Assembly (NCBI GenBank): GCA_013115125.1
Contig: JABANN010000328.1
Span: 1 to 38,772, forward strand
Direction: 5' to 3'
Length of the DNA stretch: 38,772 nt
Source of the DNA: Perkinsus olseni
Lineage: Eukaryota
The translations under genes and the position numbers were made by a program. A model generated the notes under the pieces. The model was given only the letters and a program-made list of their open reading frames with translations. It had not been told where the DNA came from and did not search any database. Shown one piece after another: positions 25,300 through 35,925 of this stretch (its first letter is position 1; the number at the start of each line of letters is the position of its first letter).

Positions 25300-25500
25300 G
25301 AGTTGGTACACCGACAATTCGTACACCACCAAAACCGGTACACTCATCCACAAGGAAACTGATACACTTTCAACTCGTGCACAGAAAGTTCGTACACTGA
25401 CATCCGGTTCACGGATAACTTCCATACTTTCACGGTCGTACACTTTTCAGCCAAACAAGGCTCACACTGACCTTTGCACTCACCGACCTTTCCCCCCTTG
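25300..25500. repeat. Dispersed repeat with GTACAC sub-repeats, copy 1
   Basis: agttggtacac...actttcacggtcgtacact...ctgacctttgcactcaccgacc recurs at ~30085-30225. Confidence 0.7.
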
Positions 25501-25889
25501 AGTGAAACACTGTGTGGCGTCTCAGCCCCTTGATCACTATCCGTACAAGGCTGTGTGACCCTCTTAACTATGGTGCTAGAGAGAAGTCTATACATTCAAG
25601 TTATATTATTTATCCTTTCTCAATCACGTCGAAGATCAGTGAGAGTTCTAGTAGTCAATCGGGTGCTCAACCTGCCCTCAGAGTTGTTTCCCGCGAAGAG
25701 TACCACTAGACTAACTTAGTGACTAGAGTTGCGCGGAGTCACTTAGTCTGACTAAGTGACTCCACGCACCAAAATAATCTCTCCCGGGTTAGAATCTGGC
25801 TCTTGCTCGAGGTGAGACGAATCATATCAGGAAACACGATAGGCCCCGCCCGAAAACTTGCTCGTAGTTCGACGAAACGTGCAACGACT

Positions 25890-26230
25890 GCAATGAATGG
25901 AGCCAATCATACTGACAGTTGGAACACTTTCTGACTCAGAAATTCTGAGTAGAATCTTCTACGTCAGTGATGGTGAGAGCTCCGCTTGCTCGCGAGAACG
26001 CGACTGCGGTGAATTTATACCGGTCATTCAGGCAATGGATCAGACTAAGTCTTCGTTTTCGCATATACGCGGGGGACAGTGATAACCTACGGTGTGTTTA
26101 GTTTCCACTGCTTTACTCTTGTCCCCGAGGATATGTCTCAAAGCACCAAGGCTTCACAGTCCAGGAGGACTATCAGCCGTGGCGGATCGACCGATACTGA
26201 AGCATCGGCGAGACCTACCACCGTACATGA
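25890..26230 (-). pseudogene. Truncated duplicate of the 3' end of the WD40-like gene at 30448-32429
   Basis: Highly similar to 30432-30757, including the intron. Carries a 14-nt insertion causing a premature stop and is cut off at ~26230. Confidence 0.8.
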
Positions 26231-26231
26231 A

Positions 26232-26420
26232 TGAATCAAACTAGTGTGGAAATTTGTGAAACGGAACTTCCGTTACGGAAGTGGAAAATATCGAGCACCT
26301 GATATTGAAATGATTGAAAAAATTATGAAGCGAATTATGACAGGGCAGTATCTCCCATTCAAAACGGTAGCCCTTGAGAAACCCTGTTACTTTATGGGTC
26401 CGTATGGCGGTACATTCCCC
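26232..26420. repeat. Dispersed repeat copy 2 (related to 21872-22060)
   Basis: tgaatcaaactagtgtggaaatttgtgaa...aaaatatcgagcacctgatattgaaat. Begins where the WD40 duplicate stops. Confidence 0.5.
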
Positions 26421-26763
26421 CTCATTTTATCGCGTGAGAGAGGTTCCATTGCCCCAACACAGTTGCGCGACACATTCTCGCAATACTGACACAGGTGCTG
26501 TTTTGAAAACAGTGTTTTCCTCAGCCCTCTGCCTATTGTGGTTGCGTGCTGCTGTGCGCTCATCGGAGCGGTGTCAAACTTGGATTGGCACTTCTCAATC
26601 TTGCCCGTGTATTGTCAAACTCTGACGACTCTATACTCTAACGTAACCTCGATAAGCTCTCGGCAGCTCTGACTAGGTTCGGCATGGAAGGGTTCGCACA
26701 CCTAAGACAAAATGCATGATCTTATCAGAGGGATTCGGTGGCCCCAATCTGTGTGTGAAGATA

Positions 26764-27160
26764 CAGGGTGCCGACTTGAAAAGGGCAAAACCCTCGTGAA
26801 TCTTTCGTGCGAACGAGTTGAGAGTTATAACGCACACCAATCGAAAGATTTCGTCAAGCTCTACACAACCTCGCTCTCAGCATCATCTCACTCGCAAGTT
26901 TCACCCTCGAAATATCCAACAAAACGCCAAAAAAACGCAAAAATTCGTTGGCAGAATCACCGGTGCCATGCTGGCGCTGTGAAGTGCCTATGGAAGGGGC
27001 CGACGCCGAGTCACAGAAGATGCTCAAAATGACCTCCATCGGCTCCTCAACAAGCCTGAGCCTTCTTCTCCATCCTTCGCAAGCCTTCCTTATGGTTGCC
27101 AGTGGGATGGCATCCCAAGCCTCACAGGCATCCCAGACCGGTTGCAGCTCCACCCGTCAC
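26764..27160 (-). mobile_element. Tc1/mariner transposon 3' remnant
   Basis: Transposase C-terminus AWDAIPLATIRKACEGWRRRLRLV, then a frameshift to GADGGHFEHLL*. Terminal TA|CAGGGTG at 26762-26770. Confidence 0.8.
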
Positions 27161-27486
27161 CAAGATTTTCCTAGAGTGTAACACTCTGAGTGTTTTCGTC
27201 TGCAATTGCGCCATGTGGGCTGAGGATGCGTACCCGATCACCCGGAGATGTTACCATACCAGCCAACACACCGAGTCCGATATCGAGGAGATGGTCCTCT
27301 AATGTGGCAATACCGAAGTCTAAGAGGATCGTCGATCGTAAAAGCAGCTACACCTTAGTGTAGTAGCTCCTTGGATCGAAGTTCGACCATCGAACCCACT
27401 ATTCCTTCCGCGGCCTTGGGAAGCTCCTTTTTCAGTGTCGGCTCGGGCGTCGGCTGTGCCACTATAATAGGGGGCGACGAGCAGAA

Positions 27487-28086
27487 ATGGGTCAAGAGAT
27501 GCCACCACTCAACATGAGTCCCCTTGAGGCTCATCTGTGGAGGCAGCTAGGAGTGGACGACTACCCAGAGTGGACTGTCGCTTGGTCAGATGTTGCTCCT
27601 GAAAAACTCCCTAGGAGTGGCTGGGACTACTTCGATCATCACGTTCAAGGACCTCTCCCGCTCCAGCCCGTGAAAAAGGCGCATTTAGATCCTGACTATC
27701 TCGTGGAGACAAAAGAATCGGACATGGCCGAGCTGGCTGCATATGAGGACCGAGAAGAAGCTACCATATCTCCCACTGACGATCTTCCAAAGTTGGATCC
27801 CGAGGGTGACGATATCACAGACGAGTGGGGCAATGGGACGGGAACACCGGACAATATGGACCTCGAGGATATGGAGTGGCTCCGAGGTGAGTTTCCGGCA
27901 TCCGATGCTCGCAGAAAGAGGAACGTTCCACGACTTCGGTCCCTTCATGGTGACACACCCACTGTGGCGTGCGACTGTAACACGGCTATAATTCTGTCCC
28001 TCAAGGAGACAATCGAACCTCGACGGGGTTACCTCCCTAGGCCTGCCGCAGCTGAGTCGAAGCGTATTTCCAGTAGCCGATTCTGA
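27487..28086 (+). CDS. Acidic hypothetical ORF, 199 aa (may be element-derived)
   Basis: Long intronless ATG-initiated ORF with protein-like composition. No family recognised. Confidence 0.35.
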   Translation: MGQEMPPLNMSPLEAHLWRQLGVDDYPEWTVAWSDVAPEKLPRSGWDYFDHHVQGPLPLQPVKKAHLDPDYLVETKESDMAELAAYEDREEATISPTDDLPKLDPEGDDITDEWGNGTGTPDNMDLEDMEWLRGEFPASDARRKRNVPRLRSLHGDTPTVACDCNTAIILSLKETIEPRRGYLPRPAAAESKRISSSRF

Positions 28087-28602
28087 GCCTCTGGAGATGA
28101 GTTGACGGCTGTCCGGTTCTCTCGCTGCTGCTGAGCCGCCTGGCGAGTCTCAAGCGACTCTCGGAACTTGTCCGAACTGACTGCCGTGGAGCGTCACTGT
28201 CGGGACGTCCCCCTCCCTGTCTAAAATTGGGACGTCCCGACTCTCAGCCTTCGAGCATTCTGCCTCTCGTTTGCGGTATAAATGCATCAGCTGTGTTCAT
28301 TCGGTGCACCGATTCCCAATGGCACCGAAGTGAGTTCAGGACATGTCAATGATTTCACGACATGATGTCATATCTTCATCAGAACCCTCATCAAATGCTG
28401 AGAGTTTGAGCTAGAGGCTAGCGTGCTGAATGATGGTCGTCTGTACGGTGTGCGAGGAGAACCTCAGATTTAAGCATAGCTTGAATCTGAGGTTCAGTGC
28501 TCATCGGCAGTGCTTAATGAGCAAACTCGCTGCAGCCTGGTTGTCACCGCAGTGCAGGCTGGATCTCTCTCAGCGCTGATTCTGAGATATCCCTTGTCGT
28601 CA

Positions 28603-28797
28603 ATGCGCTACTTTGCTGGCCTCTTCCTCGCCGTGTACTGCTTCTTGCTGTGCTCGAGTATAAAGGAGGGGCCTTCTTTCAGCGAGGTCCAGAACGACGA
28701 GCTGAAGCGCCCTGTATGCCCTGAAACCTGCCACAGCCCGACCTGTCGCTGCTGCCCTGTGCCGTCAGGATGGTATATGTATTGCTGTGACTGCTAA
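28603..28797 (+). CDS. Small secreted cysteine-rich peptide precursor A (64 aa)
   Basis: MRYFAGLFLAVYCFLLCSS signal, acidic pro-piece ending KR, mature PVCPETCHSPTCRCCPVPSGWYMYCCDC*. Paralog at 29277. Confidence 0.8.
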   Translation: MRYFAGLFLAVYCFLLCSSIKEGPSFSEVQNDELKRPVCPETCHSPTCRCCPVPSGWYMYCCDC

Positions 28798-29276
28798 GTG
28801 TAGGGCTGGATAACCATGTAGGGCAAGAACAGCGATATCCTGCTCTTACTTCTCCTCAATCAGGTACTCGTCTTCTTTTCGCCTAGGGTCTAGCGCGACC
28901 AAACAATAGGCTTTCGGGTCACTTAGAGGTGCCGCCCAGGTCAACCATCAACAAGTCCATTTAGTAGAATCCGTTTAGTGTCGCCAAGTGGCACTTGGCC
29001 TTCGGCCTGCTATATTTTACTTCGTCGACCGGACGTGTTGTGTAGTGAGCCTCACTAAGTGAGGTTAGTTCGACTAAGCCGACCCTCCTGTGTGCTACTT
29101 CCTTGGATGATTTTGCATACTCAGACGCAGGCTGCGTCACGCAGCTCTTGAGTTATTCCTGGCAAGCTATTCAGTATACTGTATAAACCATCCTGGGCGA
29201 AGTGGCTGGGGTGCGGTACCCCACCGGGCCGAGAAATGAAGAGGGAAGTGGTGCAGTGTGAATCACTTTCCTTTTA

Positions 29277-29447
29277 ATGCGTTACGTCGCCCTCCTCTCC
29301 ATCGCCTTCCACTACGGTCTGCTCTCCTCGAACGAAGCTTGGGGGCTCGAACAGGATGATACCGTGTTATGTCCATTCCCGTGCTTGAAACCGACCTGTG
29401 AGTGTTGCAACACTCCCACGGGGTACATGTTCTGCTGCAACTGTTGA
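29277..29447 (+). CDS. Small secreted cysteine-rich peptide precursor B (56 aa, below ORF-track cutoff)
   Basis: Hand translation MRYVALLSIAFHYGLLSSNEAWGLEQDDTVLCPFPCLKPTCECCNTPTGYMFCCNC*. Same 8-Cys framework as peptide A. Confidence 0.8.
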   Translation: MRYVALLSIAFHYGLLSSNEAWGLEQDDTVLCPFPCLKPTCECCNTPTGYMFCCNC

Positions 29448-30084
29448 TGAATTGTTGATGCTGCCCAACCTCGTGGAGGGAGGGAAGTAATTTAGCTTCC
29501 ATTTGGCGGTTCCTCCAGATTCTAAATCAGGTCCTCCGCCCATTTTAGTTCGCCCAATCTGTGAGTTTCGGCGGTCGCCTTCTGGGTAGCCCCCAATGGA
29601 ACTGTGAGTCGATCATTTCCCTCTGTCGCATTCACTTCGTGATAATCGTGTAATATTTGTCACGCTCATTTTATCTTGCTCTTGTAAGAAGCTACGCTGA
29701 AGGCTTCAGCCTACATTGATGATCACAGAATAGATTTGATTTCGAATGGAAGAACGGGAGTGTTGGGTTCTCAATCAGCCAGTTCTATAACAAACGGACG
29801 ATTATGTTGTTAGCCCGTGGTGATTTACGATTTCTTTCCTTTCGCGACCTCTCGCGTCGCCAGTTAATTTTCCTGGAAGTAGAGCTGTGCGCTCACTGAC
29901 CTCGCCAAGACGAGCTCAATCGGTGCGGCGGCAGGATGTGCTCGACTCGGACGCGTATTCGTTCCGTTCGTTCAACTTAAGGGCAGTGAACAAGAACGGC
30001 ACCATTCTTGATAGTGCAAGGGAGAGGAAGCTCGCCCGCCGGAAAATCGATACAGTTTCAAGCGGAGAGTTTCAGCTCGTTCCC

Positions 30085-30225
30085 ATTGAGTTGGTACACT
30101 CATGACTCGTACACTAGCATCCGGCCCAAGGATGCTTCGTAAACTTTCACGGTCGTACACTCTCGTTGAGCCGATCGCGGCTAACGCTGACCTTTGTACT
30201 CACCGACCCTTCCCCCACCCGTTCA
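30085..30225. repeat. Dispersed repeat with GTACAC sub-repeats, copy 2
   Basis: Similar to 25300-25500. Confidence 0.7.
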
Positions 30226-30447
30226 GCGGAACACACTGTCCTGCCTCGACCACCTGTCCCCAGAGCAGTCCCCTGCGAGGAAGATCACTGAAATGTGGTA
30301 CTTCACGCCCCGAGACAAGCTCTCCCAGATTATAACCTGGGAGCTACTCGTGGTGGAACGAAGTATATCAGAGAACACGACAGGCTCCGTTTCAAAACTT
30401 GCTCGAAGATTCACAAAACATGCAAAGACTTGAATGAAGGGAGCCAA

Positions 30448-32429
30448 TCATACTGACAGTTGGAACACCTTCTGGGTGGAGTCTTCTACGCCAGTGATGA
30501 TGATAGCTCCGTTTGCTCGCGAGAACGCGACTGAGGTGAATTTATACCTGTAATTCAGAGTATGGATCAGACTAAGTCCTCTTTTCCGATATACGCGGGA
30601 GACAGTGAGAACCTACGGTGTGTTTAGTTTCCACTGCTTTACTCTTGTCCCCGAGGATATGTCCCAAAGCACCAAGGTCTCACAGTCCAGCAGGACTATC
30701 AGCCGTGGCGAGTCTATCGATACTGAAGCATCGGCGAGACCTATCACCGTACATGGATGCCCGATGGTATACCTACTCAGAAAAATACGGTAGAACGTGC
30801 GCGGCGACAACATTACATCAGCTGCCCGAACCTCATTGCCCCCTGATCTGGCGAGAATTCATGAACGCGCACTTGGCTGCTGCCGCCCGAAGCGAGGAAC
30901 GCTCGCTCGCCAATCGCAGCGAGGGACGTAGTGCCACTGATGGGAGCTTGTGATAGAATCGACGAATTTGATGAACGCCGTATCTGTCGATTTCCTTTCT
31001 GCACGAGATGTAATTGGTCATCGTTCACGAACAATGTGGCGGTCTCATTCTGGAGCTGATCAACCTGATCAGGACAAGCTCATGATCAAGAGCCTCGACG
31101 AAGCTTCAAGACCAGCCACGGTCTCGGAGTTACGAGTCCAAGATAAATGCGTGTTGCTTCCTATCACAGCGACTTCACCTCAGGAAGCTGAAAGACGTTG
31201 CGAGAACAAAAGCTTCAGAAACAGCACTAGACCCCTGCAAACGAGGAACCACGGATAATGCGTTACCTTCTCGACCATCAGCTCACTCGTGGCACCATCC
31301 CATTCTATTTGCAGCAGCCTGTAGGTCGATAGGACGTATAAAGTATCAGCACCCACGAAAACGCCTGAAAGATACTACTATCACCCCATCGCTCACAGTG
31401 TTACCTCACTAGCGACTGACTCGAAGAATGGCGGAAAACTTATTGGGATGGTTTGGAGTTTCGCGACGTCCGGTTCGGAGTCATTAACCGCTTCGAGAAT
31501 GATATGCACCTACGGGGGAATGGAGCCAACGAGGCCGACCCATAAGCGTCAACTGAAGCCTACCAGCGTGGCAATGAATGTCGCTATAACGAGCATCCAG
31601 AGGATCCTATGGAAGTGGCGCATAGTATACCGCACCTAAGTCAGCACGCAGAGCAAATGAAGGGGGTTGGGGTGAATTAACTACTCTCTGAGAATCTTCA
31701 GAACAGGGAGTTTCGGTGGGCACCAGTATAGCAGAGACACCCGTCGCTTGGCTTTGCTAACAGAGAACGACTCCCGCATTGCCGCAGCGAGAGCGGCCTG
31801 TCTTACCAAGCGGGGGTAAGGCGAATCCCTCTGCTGTCCATCACAGGACGTCCCGTCTTTCAGAGACGATGCATCCCGAGGGGCTATCGAGACTCGACCC
31901 TCCTCTACGTCGGTGATCGAAGGATTGGCGAACATGGTCTGGCATGAGCATCGACGGAACGGGATCGGCGGTCAACTCACAGGCGGGTAATCATGCAATT
32001 GATTCTCTTCCATTGCAACGTTTCTCCGCCGAGACGTCATCGGCGGAACCTGAGATACTCCCGTCAGATCAACAATTACGCGACTTGAGTGTGTCTCACC
32101 GATGCTGCACAATTATCGAGGGGAAGGCAGCCCGCTCTGGGGTGGACCACGCTTGAGTCGTCGTCGAAGATACTGCCATAGTCCTTCACTCGGTGATCTT
32201 GACGCTGGCGGAAGCCTGCAGGTTCAGCAGTATTCGAGGAAGATGAGGACACTCCACTCAGGGAAAGCATTCTTGTAGGGCTTCTACTAGCGGCCATTCG
32301 CTGAGAAGCACCTTCAAGAACGCCTCCAAGGTCTCGGTCAACCGGCACATCATGCCTTTTCCCGTTGACGGCAGTCGACTGAACAACAGCTCCATCTGAG
32401 AGACGAGTCAGCATATGAGCACGACGCAT
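30448..32429 (-). CDS. Multi-exon protein with low-complexity N-terminus, a hydrophobic segment and WD40-like C-terminal repeats
   Basis: Exons FLASGGSSQVRVHEF and LLDCETLVLWDISSGTRVKQWKLNTP|YKFTSVAFSRANGAIIITGVEDSTQKVFQLSV*. Hydrophobic ILWMLVIATFIATL lies near 31570-31610. Confidence 0.55.
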
Positions 32430-32632
32430 CTGCGTCAGAGCACTGTGTGACGCTACTAAGGCCTACTGCATTCTGCTGCTAGATCTGCTGTATATGCCGT
32501 CCCGTCTCTGGCTTCACAAACGAATTCCAGAGACGACTTCGAGAGATCCTCCGCTACTTGGAGCGTTCTACCGCTGAACGGGGCTCGCGTAGAGCCTGCT
32601 GATGGTGGCTGCGAGGCCTGAGAAAATACGAG

Positions 32633-32637
32633 AAAAA
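32633..32637 (-). terminator. Pol III terminator (T5)
   Basis: TTTTT immediately 3' of tRNA-Asn on the minus strand. Confidence 0.8.
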
Positions 32638-32710
32638 CGCTCCACGATGGGTTCGAACCATCGACCTTGTGGTTAACAGCCACACGCTCTGCCTACTGAG
32701 CTAGCGGAGC
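32638..32710 (-). tRNA. trnN-GTT: tRNA-Asn (anticodon GTT)
   Basis: GCTCCGCTAGCTCAGTAGGCAGAGCGTGTGGCTGTTAACCACAAGGTCGATGGTTCGAACCCATCGTGGAGCG: 73 nt, full cloverleaf, A and B boxes. Confidence 0.97.
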
Positions 32711-33567
32711 TTCTGAGATTTATAGATGCACCAACACGAGGGATGGTACAAATTGCTATTACCCTCACTTTTTCTTCCTCCTTCATGACCATGAGAGCTT
32801 TCTTCGTTTTCTTTTGATCACGTTTCGCGCATGAGCCGAAAGGCGCTTTCAGCAGATCTCCGGCCGATCGAAAATGCCTCTTTGATCTCTCTTTCGTCAG
32901 AGTAACTGAAACTCGCTTCAATTTGAGAAAATAGAGTTCAATCGCATACTCAGGGAACAGCAAGTTCCCCATGACTCTATGGGAAAGTGCTACAACTCGC
33001 AAGGCGTCACTAGCATGAGAAGACTCGCACGACTTGCGCAGCGCAAGACGAGAAGAATGACATTCCAATGCCCCACAGAGCATATACTGCAAGAACAGCT
33101 TTCAAATATTTCCAAGAGAATAGGGAAATGGGCCAAGTATCGCCTCGACAAGACTCCTAGGTTGTGACCCTTTATGGAACCCGTAGCATCCAATTCCCCA
33201 GTCGCTACGATTCGCAGCTTGCGAATAGGAAAGCGCAGCAATGCTGAACCGTGCGATACTAGGCCTACTTACCGAAATCGCCGAAGCTCGGGCGAGTTGA
33301 ATCTGTTTCTCGCGCATGATAGAACGCAGTTGCTGTGACCGAGAACAGAAGTGGCGCAGCGAAGACGCACAACATGAATCTGAAGCAAGCTAAGATGTCG
33401 TTCCCAGTCCCCCTGCATCTACTCACACGTCAGCTCGGAACCATTCGGATGTATCGAGTCGTGAACCGAGTGTGCCTGAGTACAACATCTACGTAAAAGA
33501 CTGAGGGGAAGCTGTCGTACAGACGACTGCTGCTATGAGGGCAGTGCCGCCAGCTCTGAGGTATTTA

Positions 33568-34944
33568 TCAGAGAACTCCTTCAATGGGATGTACCTCGAA
33601 AGTTCCAATTTCTCCACTTCCCACAGGTAGACCCGCCAACCTGTTTATCTGCTCCTTGAAGTGCTCATTTATGTTAATTTGAGTTTCTGCATAAAATTCT
33701 TTCGTATCAACCATTCGCCCTCCCGCATCGCCACCGGCGCATCCTCTCGTATCAGGAGTGGAGCCTACCGCTTCGGAACCATCAATCGGAACGGCTTGCA
33801 ATGCCTTCACCCTGAGCGGGCTTCCTGAATGACGCAGCGCTGCCTTCCCTCCTTACCGGTCCCATAAAGAGAGGCCACCGGCGTTCCTGATCTCGTTCTC
33901 TGAGGGCAGATAAATTCTGTACTCCTCCAGAAGGAGGGCTCGGGCGAATTTCGACACGCAAACCTGAGCTCAAAATTACTGTACCGGTTTGGGTACTAGT
34001 CTGCCGCGTGCGGTGCGCACCCGAGGACTGCAACGCGAGCTTTGCGGGCCGCCCTATAGCACACGTCGCGGCGCCTAGGTACCGCTACGGCTCCAGTTGA
34101 GATATCCCGACTACATTGCGTTCGCTTTTGATAGTATGCAAATCGAAAATTCATGACGGGTGGGCCCTTTTTAGGTCGGCACCTTCTAGCATCCAGGAAA
34201 CAGCCTGTGACCGACCTGGTAGACGCTAGCCAACCATATACTGAGAAAAGTGAGGCAGATGCTCCAGGAGATGTTAAACATCCATATGTCTGCCCAGGCG
34301 GATATAGCGTCCGGAGGGGGGTAGCCCTCTGTGAACCTACCCTCCCAAAATGAAAGGATGATGATGAAGCAAGCACTCACACTGCGAAACAGCAGCCAAG
34401 CATTATCGATCCTACCGTCATCGAAGTGAGGACTGTTTCTACCTGACCATGAGCATCTACCAGGGACAGTGTTAGGAATCGGCAAGATCTTAATCACAGC
34501 AGCAGAACTGCGGTGAACAAAGTCAAACTCTGCTACTAACATGGCATGATGAGGTACGTCCAAAGAACTACTATTTCGTCTCGGGTCGCAGTAGAAGATA
34601 GCAGATTGCTATTACCACATCCAGCAGAGCATAGACATTCCTCCCCTCGTTGACTCACCTCGAGTTTCCTCAGATCTCGTATATCCTCCCTCAACGCCAT
34701 ACTCCTCTGCAGCCTCACTGAATGACCCTGGATGTCTTGGGCGATCTACCAAGGCCCTCGTTAAAGACCTACCTAACCCCTCCAAGCTCACCTCTGCTTG
34801 ATGTTGATCTGAATGCAGGGCAGCCCAAGCCCCGAAGGTACCTGAGATACAACTCGGGTCATCCTGACCCGCTTTCACTGGGATCATCAAAGGTGACACG
34901 CTCGTGTCACCATCGAGTGCACTTTCGAGTTCATAAGTTGTCAT
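33568..34944 (-). CDS. Multi-exon hypothetical membrane protein
   Basis: Exon-like ORFs 34612-34944, 34186-34563 (hydrophobic IWMFNISWSICLTFLSIWLASVY) and 33568-33810 ending GEIGTFEVHPIEGVL*. Confidence 0.45.
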
Positions 34945-35925
34945 CCCCGACCCTGCTGCTGCTGCTGCAGTGCGGTTCTAAGACTGTACCTCTATCACAT
35001 TACGACTTAATAGTGCTACTCGAACTCGGGCAATGAAACACATGCTACAATAATGCCGTGTTCCAAACACTCAAGCGAAGCTGTCGTTTGAAATCGAAGG
35101 CTGAATTCACTTACCACTGGCGACGTTCAATGTCGCTGTAGCGCCGTTAATTAGAGCGCCGACCAAAGGGAATACCATAATTGACGAAGAAAGAGTGCGC
35201 AAATATCTGTGCACGAATCAGTACGGTGGCCGCCGATTTCGTAGCAGCTCGTAGTGCGCAGCTCCAGCAGGGCGAACACCACGACTGCTGCACGATAAGA
35301 AGGCTTCCTGGGGTATCATCTACTATAGCACAACAGTCTAGCTAACATGCAGGCGAAGACAGAGAACGACGCGTCTACGAACGCTCTGAGACCACTTGCC
35401 GGAGTGATAACGATTGCGAAAATTTCGAAAAGCTTCGTGTAACCATTGTAGTGGTCGTCACTGTGGCGGAGCCTTCGAACACTTCATAATAAAGTAGCCC
35501 ATCCGCGATTGATGGAAAATACGACTCAGCATGGAAGTGCAGAGACTATGAGGTCCGGTGTAACAGGAGATGCACCCTTCGAATGGTGCTCACTATCATC
35601 ACTATCGACGACGACCTTGCGACCGATACTACTGCAACCGCCGCAGCTGACTATTGAGTTGGTCTCGCGTAGTTGTACACTCGCGCAGCTACAAGCACCA
35701 TCCTTTCTCGATATAAGACACTTTTGCAGCAGCTGCAATGCAGCTACCAAAAAGCTGTGCCGAATCGGTAAGTTACAGACTGTAACCAGAGAAGGAAAAG
35801 AAAGGCTGGCCGAGTGGCTCGGTCCGAGTCCACTTAGTTCACTTCAGTTTTCCCGACATAGTAGAGGGCCTAAGACCACATTAAACAACGCTGATATAAG
35901 GGCAGTGCCGCCAGGTGTGCGGCTT

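Noticed and set aside
32750-33320. Possible gene between tRNA-Asn and the membrane protein
   Set aside because: Several short overlapping ORFs with no consistent exon chain or recognisable motif.
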